A stretch of DNA of 63,715 bases, counting the filler, from Sphacelaria rigidula (lineage: Eukaryota): the NCBI GenBank assembly GCA_964200075.2. It is 8 parts of 8 records of this genome, joined end to end, with 100 filler letters (N's around TTAATTAATTAA, not from the genome) between each part and the next. Parts side by side here need not be neighbours in the genome. Positions count along the whole stretch, not along the records: positions 47,864 to 55,739 come from CAXNAA020013133.1; positions 55,840 to 63,715 come from CAXNAA020013134.1; 6 more parts are not named here. One strand, given 5' to 3'. Under the pieces are notes generated by a model. That model was given only the letters and a program-made list of their open reading frames with translations. It searched no databases and was not told where the DNA came from. This document shows positions 48,118 through 59,800 of the stretch, piece after piece. Made by a program: the position numbers and the translations under genes. How positions within the stretch are numbered: the stretch's first letter is position 1; the number at the start of each line of letters is the position of its first letter.

Positions 48118-51100
48118 GTCGCCATTTGGTGGCCCACCTCGAGGTGTTTGTGGTACAGCACCGCAGTGCCGCTCTCGATCTCTGCATCGAGCACGTTGGG
48201 GTTGTAGATGCTCACCAAGATCTGCACGTCAGCCTCCACGCTCACCTTCTCCAGGGAGTGGATGATCGACCCCTGCGCGGCATTTGATAAAACAATCACG
48301 AAATCACCCGACACACACAACATACACGCACCCCGATCGTACGAATTTCAGAAAGTGCGAGCAAGTCACAAGCGCAATGTGCGAAATGACGACAGCAGCA
48401 GCAGCAGCAATAATAACAACAAGCGAAAAGGTGCATGCGTGCATATATATATATATATATATATATACAGTATGCAGATGCACTACAGCTCCGATTCTCT
48501 CCCATGCACTCCGAACGAAACCCACAGGGAGAGATACCCGTGTGACTACATCAAGGTCATGGCGTGCGTACGACTCCCGCAACCGTTTACACACAAGAGA
48601 AAAAACAACGCGTGCCCCTCAGAATTGCCAGAGCGATTCTTGATCAGCCACCACATGGTCTCAATCACTCACAAACTCACTCACTCACCCAATCGAACTC
48701 CGTGTTGCACACGTTAACCCCCGGGGCGTGCGGAGCGAACATCACCACCACAGTACACCCGAGGAGCGCTGCGATGATCCCTGTGCCGGCGACGATCCGG
48801 GTGAACCCCAAAATCTTGCGCGCGAGAGGGCTTGGCCCGGGTACCGTTGCCCTGCCCGCTCCCGCCCGACCGCGCCTGCGCCCGCGCGATCCAGCTGCCG
48901 CCGCCGCCGCTTGACCGACGGGGGCAGCCTTTCCGCCCTTCTTCGAACCCACCTGGCAGCGGATATTGTATTCATTTCATGACGAACCCAAGACATATAT
49001 TTACACGGGAAACTGTCACGGCATCCAGCGCGGGCTAATGAATCCATGCTGTGTTTTGTTGATACACACAACCGCACTCTCAGCATGAGACAGACCCCAC
49101 GTTCTCTGCCCGTCCCCCCCCCAAAAACGAAGAATCAATACACTAGCCATCACGACCTGAACAACCCCTCCTCCGCTACCGCTACCACGCATGCAGCATA
49201 CAAAAGGAGGAACGGCGAGTGGCAACTGGAGCATGTTTCAACTGCGTCAAGGGTCGGGCAAATGTGATTTCGTCGGGAAAATTACTTGCTTCCAGTGTAA
49301 CATTGATTCGTACCATACGAGTGAATGATTAGGCTTTGTTTCCAGCGTTGCACCCCGGGTACGCGCACCCCAGGCAGGTGGAATACTGTGAGAATATCCT
49401 AAGAGATTTCGTTGACCCGCGGTCAAATTATTTCTCTCTTTCGAGCAACGAGGCCTCAGAGATGGTAGATTCGGTGATTCGAACCAGCAATGATCCGTCC
49501 GACTCAGACTTCTGTGTGCACATATACACAAAAATATATAGATCACGACGTCTCGTTTGTACTCGAAAAAATACAGTACGTGCACCAGACAATGTTTTAC
49601 CTCAGCCTCCTCCTCCGGGCTTCCAGCATCATCTTCCCCGTCCGCATCATCGCCGTCGCCACCGCTGCCGCCAGAGAGCATCATATAACCATTGCGATCG
49701 GTGGCCGTGGAGGAGGACGAGTGTGCCGCGGGCGGCGCAGAAGGCGCCATGTACATTGCAGCCGCGCTCGCGCGCGTTTCCGCTGATTGGTTGGCGTACT
49801 CACGAGCAATGGATAGGGTTGCCATGGCGCAGAAGATCGCCGTTCCACCGACGAGGAACACGCCCAAGAGGACGGCGATGGACGGGGAGGCGTAGCCTCG
49901 GTACTCGGGTTCTTTGCGCTCGCACTGTGGCAGCATATAGGCGGTTGAGGACGGGTACGTGGGCGGGGGGCAAAGGGTTGAACCGCGAAGCTCATGGCTA
50001 TACAGCAGCTGGTGTCGTGGGGCCTCGCACCAATTTGTTCGTTTTGACGCTTCGTGCTGACCAAAGCTTACTGTGGCCTTGTAGTCAACCGTATCTATTG
50101 TGGAACGCTGCTGCTATTTCCCGCTACTTCTCTTGTTACTTTGCAGGTAGAATCGGTAGTAGCTTTTGAGATTGTCCGCTGTGCTACAGTACATCGGGGT
50201 GCAAAATCTACATGGGAAGCCTGTGTAGCGAACCTTGCGTTGGCTTGGTCAATTAACCTACTGAATTTCTCAAGGTAACGACTTCTTCTCCTCCACCCCT
50301 TGCAGCCAACTGAGCAGGACGGGTACAAGTTGACATGCATGAGCTACACGCGTGGAACCACAGCGGTGAGCTTGTACTCCTCACGAAAACCCTGGTGCCC
50401 AAGGAGGAGCTCGTGCCGTTGAGACTCGGGAAGGGATGGTCACCTCGCTTGGCCTTTTCGTTTCAAACATATACTTTTAGGCATGAAGACGCCTCACAGT
50501 CCCGGCTTGCAATCCCAACGGATAAGGCAGAAAACCTTTTCGTTATAGCGCCCCAGATGCCTACTATTGTAGGAGTAATCTACGCCTACACTATGGTCAT
50601 CCTCCGAGATCTAGCGGGACTGTCAGAGGCCAGATTCTCGGAAAAAGAGGTCGCGGGGGCTTAAAGGGTTAACCACTACAGTGTAATACCTACTGACTGG
50701 TTTGGGTCAAGATACCCAGAGGACAGTGAGTATGCTACAAATATTTAGACTCAACTCGAAACGAAGTTAAAACTTGAGTTTTTAGAACTCATAGACTATC
50801 ATTTGGCGGGTTTTGACATTTCAATATGCCAGCTTCTCTCACCTGGTCGTTATCGTAGCAGTACGTCCCGTATACACAACTGTCGCACACGACGAGAACA
50901 GCCAACACGCAGCCAGGACACCAATGACAATAGCGAAAGAAGTCAGGCGGGCGGGCGTAAGTAGGCTTGCTCTCTCCGAAGCATAGCAACGGGGAGTACG
51001 GGAATCGTGCACACCATGATGGAAATCCGACACAGTGCGAGTACTTGTATAGTATCTCTTTTGCTGAGTAGAGATTACTTGTCGGCGGTACCGTGCACCG

Positions 51101-52943
51101 ACCGAATGACTGCCTGTACCTTTCTGTCCGTTCGCATGTGCATGTTTGCTCTGTCGACAATACGAGAGCATCTTCTTCGCTTGGCGACGTGCCACCGCAT
51201 ATTAGCTAGACACTACGACCTCTTGCAGCACGCAGCATCCCCGTCCCTGAGCTCGCTACGAGCTGGGCCAGCTGACAGTGATTTTTGAATGTATGCTGGC
51301 AATGCGGTTGGTATTTCCAAGAATTAGGCGCTGAAATTTTGACACGACATTTTCATCAATACGTGCACCTTGTAAAAAAGGTGCAACGAAGAGACAAAAA
51401 ACGAGAACGTTAGACTTATTTAGCATGAACAGGGAAAATGCTGTAAGTCTGTGAGAAATAAGAGATACGACGGCACCTTCTTACACGTTGTCGGCGCTTG
51501 CGTGTAGGAGATCCTGGTAGAATTTCGGTCGAAAATACCCTGAATTGGGCGCAGCAGGGCACTTTTAATGTGACACCGCTGCGCCCCTTCAATCTAATAC
51601 AAGAGACTCTAGTTATGGAGGTCACGAGTTCGAATCCCGACAGGTTAGGGAGTTTCGGAAGAACCCTACAACAGTACATCGTGGTACGGTGGACTAGAGT
51701 GATACCGCACTGTCAGTTGTACAATGGTCCAGTACACCATAACGCAGCACTTTCAAACAGCAGACAAGGCCGCATCGTGATGATTTCCCAACATGCCACC
51801 CATAACGGTGGTGCAAGAAGTCATGATCTCTAACGGAATGGCAGTGTAGCCAGGTTTAGTACTGCTTGTGCGTTCTAGACTGCGACTCGTTCTCACCGTC
51901 TTCTTACAACTGAAGCTGGCAAAAATGAGGAACTGCACCCAAGGGGACGGCGTGTATCCGTCGAGCATTCGAACTTCCACTCGGCGCAACCAAGCGAATG
52001 CTGATACCGTGGCAGCGTCAGGGAGGTCCTCTATTTGCGATACAAAGCGTTTCTACTTCGTGACTGGTCCATTGTGATGAGCATGACAGTTGTGATGGAT
52101 GTCCCACTTTGCTTGTTAGGGTATATATAATATAATGCAGTACACTTTTTCTCTTTCTTTCACATCCAGCGTTACCAGGTTGGCATGCAGTTCACAGTGA
52201 TATGCTTAAGTCGACCTGCTTTGGTAAACTTGGTGAGGTGTGGTGTGAAAAGCAAATGCAGGGTTTACTGCTGGCCCAGCTCGTATATGTGCACACGTGT
52301 ACTCAGAAGTGTGTTCCGGAGTGCAGTGAACGTCCCCTGTGAGTGTATCTCACCATCTGCACAAACCGCTGGGTGTCCGTATACACAAAAACGTGTTCGA
52401 CCTGCCGTAGCGCGGCATTGCACTGTTTTACTATTCTGAACGGAGCACCATTGCAATGCTTTCTGTGTTGTGGGTCCCGGACTGTCTGTACTGTCCGCGA
52501 GAGTGTAGTCGTTCACAAACCGCGTCGAGCTGACCTATCACAGCAGCTTGCTGCTTCCGAAGACCTGGTGAACCAAATGCAACATACTATACTGTCTGTT
52601 ATTAATAGTGGTACGCGACAAAATTTCTGTGAAACGAACACCAAGATCATCTACATGAAATGAGAAAAGGTGTAGGAAAAAATGACTTACTCAAGTGTAA
52701 AGCGGCTTCTAACTCTCACCCATGTATGCTTCCAATGGCATGGCACTGTTGGTCCGAACACCAATGGCACAGCGTCGTGTTTTTGCAAGCCCCGCACGAG
52801 GTCATCTCATGGCAGGCCGATCCCAGTTGTGTCGCGCCGGCCAGCTGCTGTTGCCCCGCTTCCGCCAGCACGACCTGGGTCGAAAGCCCAGCGACTAACG
52901 CTACCACCACCAGGAACCCCACCCGCAAAATACGAGCAGCCAT
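48118..52943 (-). CDS. Membrane protein: signal peptide, PSI-like Cys module, TM, low-complexity loop, TM, LEA_2-like domain; exons 52720-52943, 50843-50879, 49601-49924, 48689-48952, ~48118/48138-48272; 3' end missing
   Basis: Phase-consistent GT-AG exons; CHEMTSCGACKNTTLCHWCSDQQC; two hydrophobic segments; ILVSIYNPNVLDAEI (NPN motif). Confidence 0.78.
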
Positions 52944-53545
52944 CGTACTGCAAATAGATGCCAGTAATAGGACAGCAGGGGAACACTGCTCTATAGACGA
53001 GAAGAACGGGAGCGGTGCGTCGCCCCTGTGCTCAGCTTGGTTCAACTAGGAGCGACTGCCCCTAGCAGTATCTCGCAAAGTTGAAGCTAACAACAATAGG
53101 GGCAATTCCTCAGTCCCTCGCCTCCCCCGTTCTAAAAAACTCTCGACTGAGGGATTGTAGTCCCAAAGTACACTTTTGATCAGCCTCTGGTTAAATCACG
53201 TCCAGTACAAGCTCCCCGTTAGCTACCAAGATAAGTTCGGGTGTTTCCCCATTGCATTAGATAATGACAAGGGGTTGGCACGAACACAACTAAGGGTAAT
53301 TATCATATCTCAACGGGCGCCATACAACAACACGGTCCAGTTCCCTGCTGGTTGCTCGGCGCTTTGCTAGTAAAGATTTGGGTGGCCACTCTCCGAGGGG
53401 TGTCTCTGCAGAGAGTTTATTTGTCTGTACAAGCAGCGTAGTATTGAGCTCCTTCATGCCGCCTACAGACTTGACTGCGGTTTGTTTTTGAGGGGGTGGT
53501 AAGTAAGGAGACACTAGGTGCAGTACTGCAACCAGTAGGAGAGAT

Positions 53546-53672
53546 ATGGCGGAGGAAGAGGGGCAAAAGGCAGATGCTGTGTCTGTCATACAAGAGTCAG
53601 TGGATCATCTGGCGTTAAGCATGTTTGACGCTCTGCGCCTTATACCTTTTGCTCAGGAAGTCCAGGTGACAG
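53546..53672 (+). CDS. First exon of a divergently transcribed gene, possibly Mediator subunit 21-like
   Basis: MAEEEGQKADAVSVIQESVDHLALSMFDALR then AG/gtgagt donor; resembles the Med21 N-terminal helix pattern. Confidence 0.45.
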
Positions 53673-54013
53673 GTGAGTTCAGTAGGGCTCTAACCCGTCG
53701 CAAAAAATAATGGTTGAAAAGTACGTGTACACCAGACAAAAGAGTTGCGGATGATAGAGGTTATCTCAGCATGTCCAAATGAGTGATGGCACGCACATAC
53801 ATGGACCTCCAGTATCATTTTGGAACAATTTTACCGGACGACAGTCTAGAGGTTTCATTATTTGTGACGGGGAGGCGTGCAGGTTACCCGATGGTCAGCG
53901 AATGCTTCCCGAATCAACCATGTGTGTTCCATGAAAATTTTAGATCAGGCAACAGACGTGACGAGGGCAGGGGTGACCATTTTATCAGTTCTGATTGGTG
54001 GAATGGTCCACTA

Positions 54014-54562
54014 CAGTAGTGGGAGGTCTAACTATTCAGGGGTGTTTCGCGGGGTTTCCTCGCGTACTACTTTTCGATAGAACTCAAAATTGCTAGCGTC
54101 GTTGGATTTTGGTACTACGCACAGATGGTCCTCGAAACACAGTGCCCAAGTCCGTGTTAGTTGGTGTTATCGGGCGATACGAGTAAATACCCCGTTTATC
54201 AGGAGGATGTTATTGACCGTGAAACACAGTTTTTCGGCTCTAGTGCTATGAGTAGGTAGAATATTAAAAAAAAAACTATAAATTTCTTCACAAGTATGAT
54301 CGGGACAGGCTCGATCAACCGAAAATACGGAAGAGTAAGAATCTGGGCTGAAACGTGGCAGAACCCCCGATGATCGGTCAGCCCGAAAGTCACTGAATAT
54401 TGAGTACAGATGATATTTTTTCTTGAAATGTGGAGTGGATACAAATATCCTCAGATCCTCAATGTGATACGCGGTGGCAAGCGAAAAGAGCCCAAGAAAA
54501 ATCGCCAATCACGAAGAAATCACAAAATGACACCAAATGGCTAGTTAGACCGCCCACTACTA
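54014..54562. mobile_element. Tc1/mariner-type MITE (same family as 2583-3132)
   Basis: TA-cagtagtgggaggtctaact ... agttagaccgcccactact; collinear body. Confidence 0.85.
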
Positions 54563-55739
54563 AAAGTTTCTCTACAAATCGCCCAATATCACCCAACTGA
54601 AGATGAAGCTGAATTTCACCATTTGACCATGAACCAAAGATATACGTGAGAAAAGAGGACGCTTTTTTTTTCTCCATTCTGCACAATCTTCGTCACGTAC
54701 CTATCCCCTCTCGTGTTGTCAAGAGCGGCGCACTGACTTTTGTTGTATGATACAAGGTAGATAGAACCAGTGTTACTGTACTGTAGTGTGTGCGAAGTGG
54801 AAAGCAAGGGCATCCTACCAGTCTGTACTGTTTGTTGAACATAGTCGCACCGATGACAAAAATGTCCGTAATGTGCAGCAGCAGCGCAGAACCCTACCGT
54901 AAGTTTCAGATGATATGACATGCAGCTTACTATCTAAAAATGCAAGAGGTGCGCCAGTCACGCCTTGAAAGTACAAACATTGCTAAAGCGAGCCGGAAAA
55001 TCTCACGGTTCGGACGAATCATGGCCAGTTCGAATCACCAAATCCACGATTTTTCAGGCCTGATTGCTCGAAAGAGAAATCAAAATCGACCGCTGGCCAA
55101 AAAGATCTCCACGTATTTTTTGCGATCCACGTGCCCGGGTTGCGCGTACCTCGCGTGCAACGCTGAAAACAAAGCCTAAGGATTGATTCGTAGGGTACAA
55201 ACCAGTTACATTAAAATCCAGTACTTTCCAGACAAATGATTAATTCGTCCGACCGTTGGAGAATATGTTGCTTGAGGACGTCGCAGCAGAAGTGTTGGCC
55301 GGCGTACACCACTTGGGCGCATGGCAACATTTACCGCCTACTCAGCATACCGAAACGTGCACCCACGTGGCGAAGCCAAAAAAAGGGTTAGGGACCCTCA
55401 TGTACTCCTTCCCATGTAGACACTCGACATCCATCTATCCAGATAAATAGGCGTGCCGTGTCGCTTGAAATATACATACATATCCGAATCTTGATATGGC
55501 GACATCGAGTGATCTGAGGGGGATAAGACCCACCTTTATAGCAAACGAATCCCGATTTTTTGGGACCCCGATTTGGAAAAAATCGGGGGGACTCAAATTT
55601 GTGAACTCACAGTCGGGGGGACCATTTTATGGCACAGACGGTCATTTTTTGCACGAGTGTGGTACTGCGTACTCGTGCATGAAGCCGAAGAGTAGCCAGG
55701 CGGTAAGCAATCTTTCGAGTACAGTGTCGTACCTTGATA

Positions 55740-55839
55740 NNNNNNNNNNNNNNNNNNNNNNNNNNNNNNNNNNNNNNNNNNNNTTAATTAATTAANNNNN
55801 NNNNNNNNNNNNNNNNNNNNNNNNNNNNNNNNNNNNNNN
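55740..55839. other. Artificial contig linker
   Basis: Same 100-nt linker. Confidence 0.97.
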
Positions 55840-55920
55840 GGCTCAGTCTCGAAAGCGATGCGTGGTCAATGGTCCAACGACAAAGGCAAGCAACAAATGA
55901 GTACGACCCCCCCCCCCCCC
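55840..55920 (+). repeat. C70 dispersed repeat
   Basis: gtctcgaaagcgatgcgtggtcaatggtccaacgacaaaggcaagcaacaaatgagtacgaccccc. Confidence 0.85.
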
Positions 55921-56341
55921 ACTTCATCATCATATCGGTTAAGCTTGAAACACTACCACTCTGTTTTGCCCTAGAGGGGGTTCATCTATTAGACCCTCTC
56001 ACAGACGCTCACGTCGGTCGCTATCAAATCACAGCTGTTTGTTTGTACTTTACTATACCATATCCGTTTTCATGACTACCGGCACAAGCGTCATTGAATA
56101 TTGCGGGCGAGTGCGAAATGGGTGCCCTGTTGTCTCTTCTGCGTGCGTCATCACGAGGAGAGCCGGAATGGTTAAATAGTGTACCAGCTCTATGGTACAC
56201 CAGGGTTATCATATCGAGGCATTTCCCCGCCAAAGGCTGATGGGGGTCGACATCTTCCGCCGATCGCGCCGAAATGGTGCAAGCGGTGACACTGGACACT
56301 CGATGAGCGACTACGTTTCGACATTCTATGTGTGGCACTCA

Positions 56342-56577
56342 TCTACGATAGCTCGCCCCCCAAAACCAGCCCAAAACTGTCACGAAAAAAATGGTCATAC
56401 AGCGCCTGATGTTTGGTCTCAGGCTGCATGAAACGCCTCATATGGGCGACATTGGCGAAAACGAACCCAAGCGTTAGAATTCCCAGCTTCTCGCTGTGCT
56501 CGATTTCTTCCATTTCGATTTACGTGTAAGTTTTGCCTCCCCAAGCCAGCCGCTTTTGGGAGCGGGGATATCGTAGA
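56342..56577. mobile_element. ~235-bp MITE (second copy at 60612-60848)
   Basis: TIRs tctacgatag / gatatcgtaga; collinear with the second copy. Confidence 0.8.
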
Positions 56578-56863
56578 GAGTATCATGCCCTCTGAAAAAT
56601 GCCCAGACTTGAAGTTTGGCAGACGGTAGTCTCAAAGTCTGAAACGACCAAGCACAGATGAAAGAGCGTGTGCTCCTTAATGAAGTGCAAAGCAGTCACA
56701 GTTGTGTAGCCCCACCCAATTTCATCTCAACTCTCCATTGACAACACGGTACAGTAGACTATCCCCCCCCCCCCCCTTCGCCCGGCGCTCGTCGAAATGT
56801 TCCGCCTCTACGATTTCTGTCAATCCTTTTAACATCGTATTGTTATCGTTTGTTGTTTGGTAG

Positions 56864-59800
56864 GATGTTTACGGGATGGCGGTGGACCTTAAGAATGCTG
56901 AATTTACTCCGTGGACGAGATTGATCGACCCCTTTGTGTTTGACAAGGATCAGCCGTACTTCAACATCATGGTACCGACTGCTGATACCACCAGGTGCGA
57001 CCAACACCGTGGAACCTGTAAACCAAGTAGTAGATGATTTCTACAGATTTCTGGCATGCCCAGTTCAACCGGAGGTAAAACGGATGACCTTCTGAAATTA
57101 ATTCTTCAATTTTTATGTGAGTGTGCCTCTTGAATAGCTGTGCTTCAAAGTGACTTTTGACTTAGGAGTGGATAAATAGGACAGCGTCTGACGTATACTG
57201 TATGTATTTCATACCCTATACAATAGATAATATGGGTGAAACACGTACCGTGTGCAGTATTGAATACTTTCTCTTTTGCAAAATACAAATAGATTCAATA
57301 CCATACGCAGTACCCTACACTTTTTGCCAATGTATTTTATCGTCCAGGGTGCGATGTATTTCGATTTCCACGAAAAAACGCAACGTATTCAGTTTCAGAG
57401 CAGGTTTAATATATGTACACCCTTTCCCGCACTGTACATCCTTCGTACCATCGGTCAACCACAGATACGACTATCTTCTACGCCGGCTGACGTGCGGAGC
57501 ACACAACGTGCTCTACATGGGCGATACCGGCGTAGGAAAGAGCGTCGTGATGCAGAAGTACCTGGACGATGCTTCCAACACCGACGACTTCGTAGCCTAC
57601 ACCATGAAATACTCCGCGCAGACGAAACCAACCAACCTCAAGGTATGTGGGGCAAGCTGCGTTTTCTCCGCGCGCGTTCGACTTCTTTCGAGGTGCTGCC
57701 TTATCCTGTGCTGTTGTTTTCGGCCCTATCTGTCGTAGTATTCATTGTCATGTTACACCGCCCAACAGCTGGCCACGTTGGACGTAATACTTCGGCCGAT
57801 TTCCAACGTTGAACAGGTTATGTACTTCAATATATTGCTCATCGTCACTTTCAAGCTGAATGGAGGAAATCTTGACGGTGCCGTGTCTCGAAAATTATAT
57901 GTCGAATGATACCAGTATTTCCCTATTCTGGAACCTTTTCGAAACCACGGGAATAGTACCTGCATTCCCCTTCCCCCCCGCCCCCCCCCCCACCTCGATG
58001 GAGTTGAAGTGTTGCTGGAGATTAGCTAATCCCAGCTCGGTATCAAAGTGAAAAATGGTCCTTAACGAAAAGAGGAACACGGCAGAAAGCCGGGGCGAGT
58101 CAGTTGCCAAATATCATGTAGGTTCGTGTTGGCAAGTCAAGTCTCGCAAGCCGCGTCGGGTTCGCGGCATCACGTGGAGAGTGCGATTTCACCCCTATAT
58201 ATACACGCGTTGAAAACCAAAAATGGTGACCGTCCAACTTTGCTCAGCTCAACCCCTATTCATGTCATTAACACCCGAGGACTGTCGAAAGACTGCGTCA
58301 ATGCCAGGTGGAGTTCACATACTACGCGTCGCCGGAGTCACCCGAAGGAAATAAGTTCCACTCCGAAGCGAACACTTATGACCTGCATTTTCCCTCTGTT
58401 GCTTGACAACCCTTCACCACTATGTTTGTGGAAAGACTGGGGTTGAAAAAAAAAGTAGGGGCGAAAGGGCATTCTCTACTAGACGCGTCGTTCCCGGGAC
58501 CTTAGAATGAACTACGCGTCTTCGTACCTCCCCATCCCTTCGTCTATCGTGGAGTCGTGACGACCCAAGTAAACGATTGTATCACCCCTTCCTGACGTTG
58601 AACGGAACCGAAATCTTGACGTTGTCTCCACAAGTCGCGGACCGTGTGTACCTGCCGTCCAGGACATGTTCGAAACGAAGTTGGAGAAGAAACGGAAGAC
58701 TCTGTTCGGTCCACCGTCGGGCAAAAGAATGATCTTCTTCATCGATGACCTCAATATGCCTGCGCTGGAGGTGTATGGCGCCCAGCCTCCAAACGAGCTC
58801 CTTCGTCAGGTGTGCAACGCATCCAGTCACAATGCCTCACCATCCACCTAGTTTTGTACGCTGTTTGGGCGTCGTTGCATTCCAAACTAATACCGCAGAT
58901 GCAAATGCAGGAAAACTGCATACTACGTAGACCTCGAGTTGCTTCACAAGCCAACCGTGAACTCCGTCCTTTTCCGGGCGCAGCAACATATTCGCAGTAC
59001 GTGGTTAATGTTTTATGCAATTTGAGTTGATGCGTGTTTATTCAAGCGAAGCGCTGTTCGTAGCACTGGTTGTTGCGTGTTCGCTCCTTCGTGAGGTATA
59101 CAACGCATGCAGTCACAACGTCTAGTCGTGCCCCAAGTCTTGTGTGCTGTGTGAAGGTTTTGCCGCTTGAAACCAATGCAGATATAAATGTAGGAAGCTG
59201 CATGCGTAGCCCTTGAGTTGCTTCGCACGCCAACCGTAAACGCAGTCCTCCCCCGGACGCCGCAGTACATGTGCAGTGAGTGGTTAATCGTTCAGGTAAG
59301 TTGAGTCGGTGTGTGTTTATTCATGCGAGGCACTTGTCCTAGCACTGGATTGTTGTGTGTTCTCGCTGCATCCTGCGTTCAACGGGGCACTTTGCTGGCC
59401 TCGACACATTCGAGTTTGAATCATCTGAGAATCTTGCAGGGTTGGTGCCTCGAGCAGCTCACCTTCCCTGAGATGCTGCCATTCGAACTCGTGGTACAAT
59501 ACCACTCTACAGAACTCGGCGTTTGGTGCAAAAAACGAGAATAACGCAATCGCAAAACTCATCGCCAAACAAGGTTCTCCCTCTCCCGTGTGTTCACGGG
59601 ATAACGAATGACACACCATCACCTGTCACGTGATAGACTCACATTTACCACTTTCTCCGCACATATTTTTGTCAGGCGCGACACATACAGCCCTTGTTTC
59701 TGATTATTACCACTGTCGAAGACTCCTCTTTTTCGATGTTTCCCTGATGTGCGGAAAACGTACAACATGCGGTGGCAAACAGGCGATTGATTCCGGGGGC

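Noticed and set aside
49336-50169. 277-aa plus-strand ORF
   Set aside because: Antisense to a real exon and runs through a MITE
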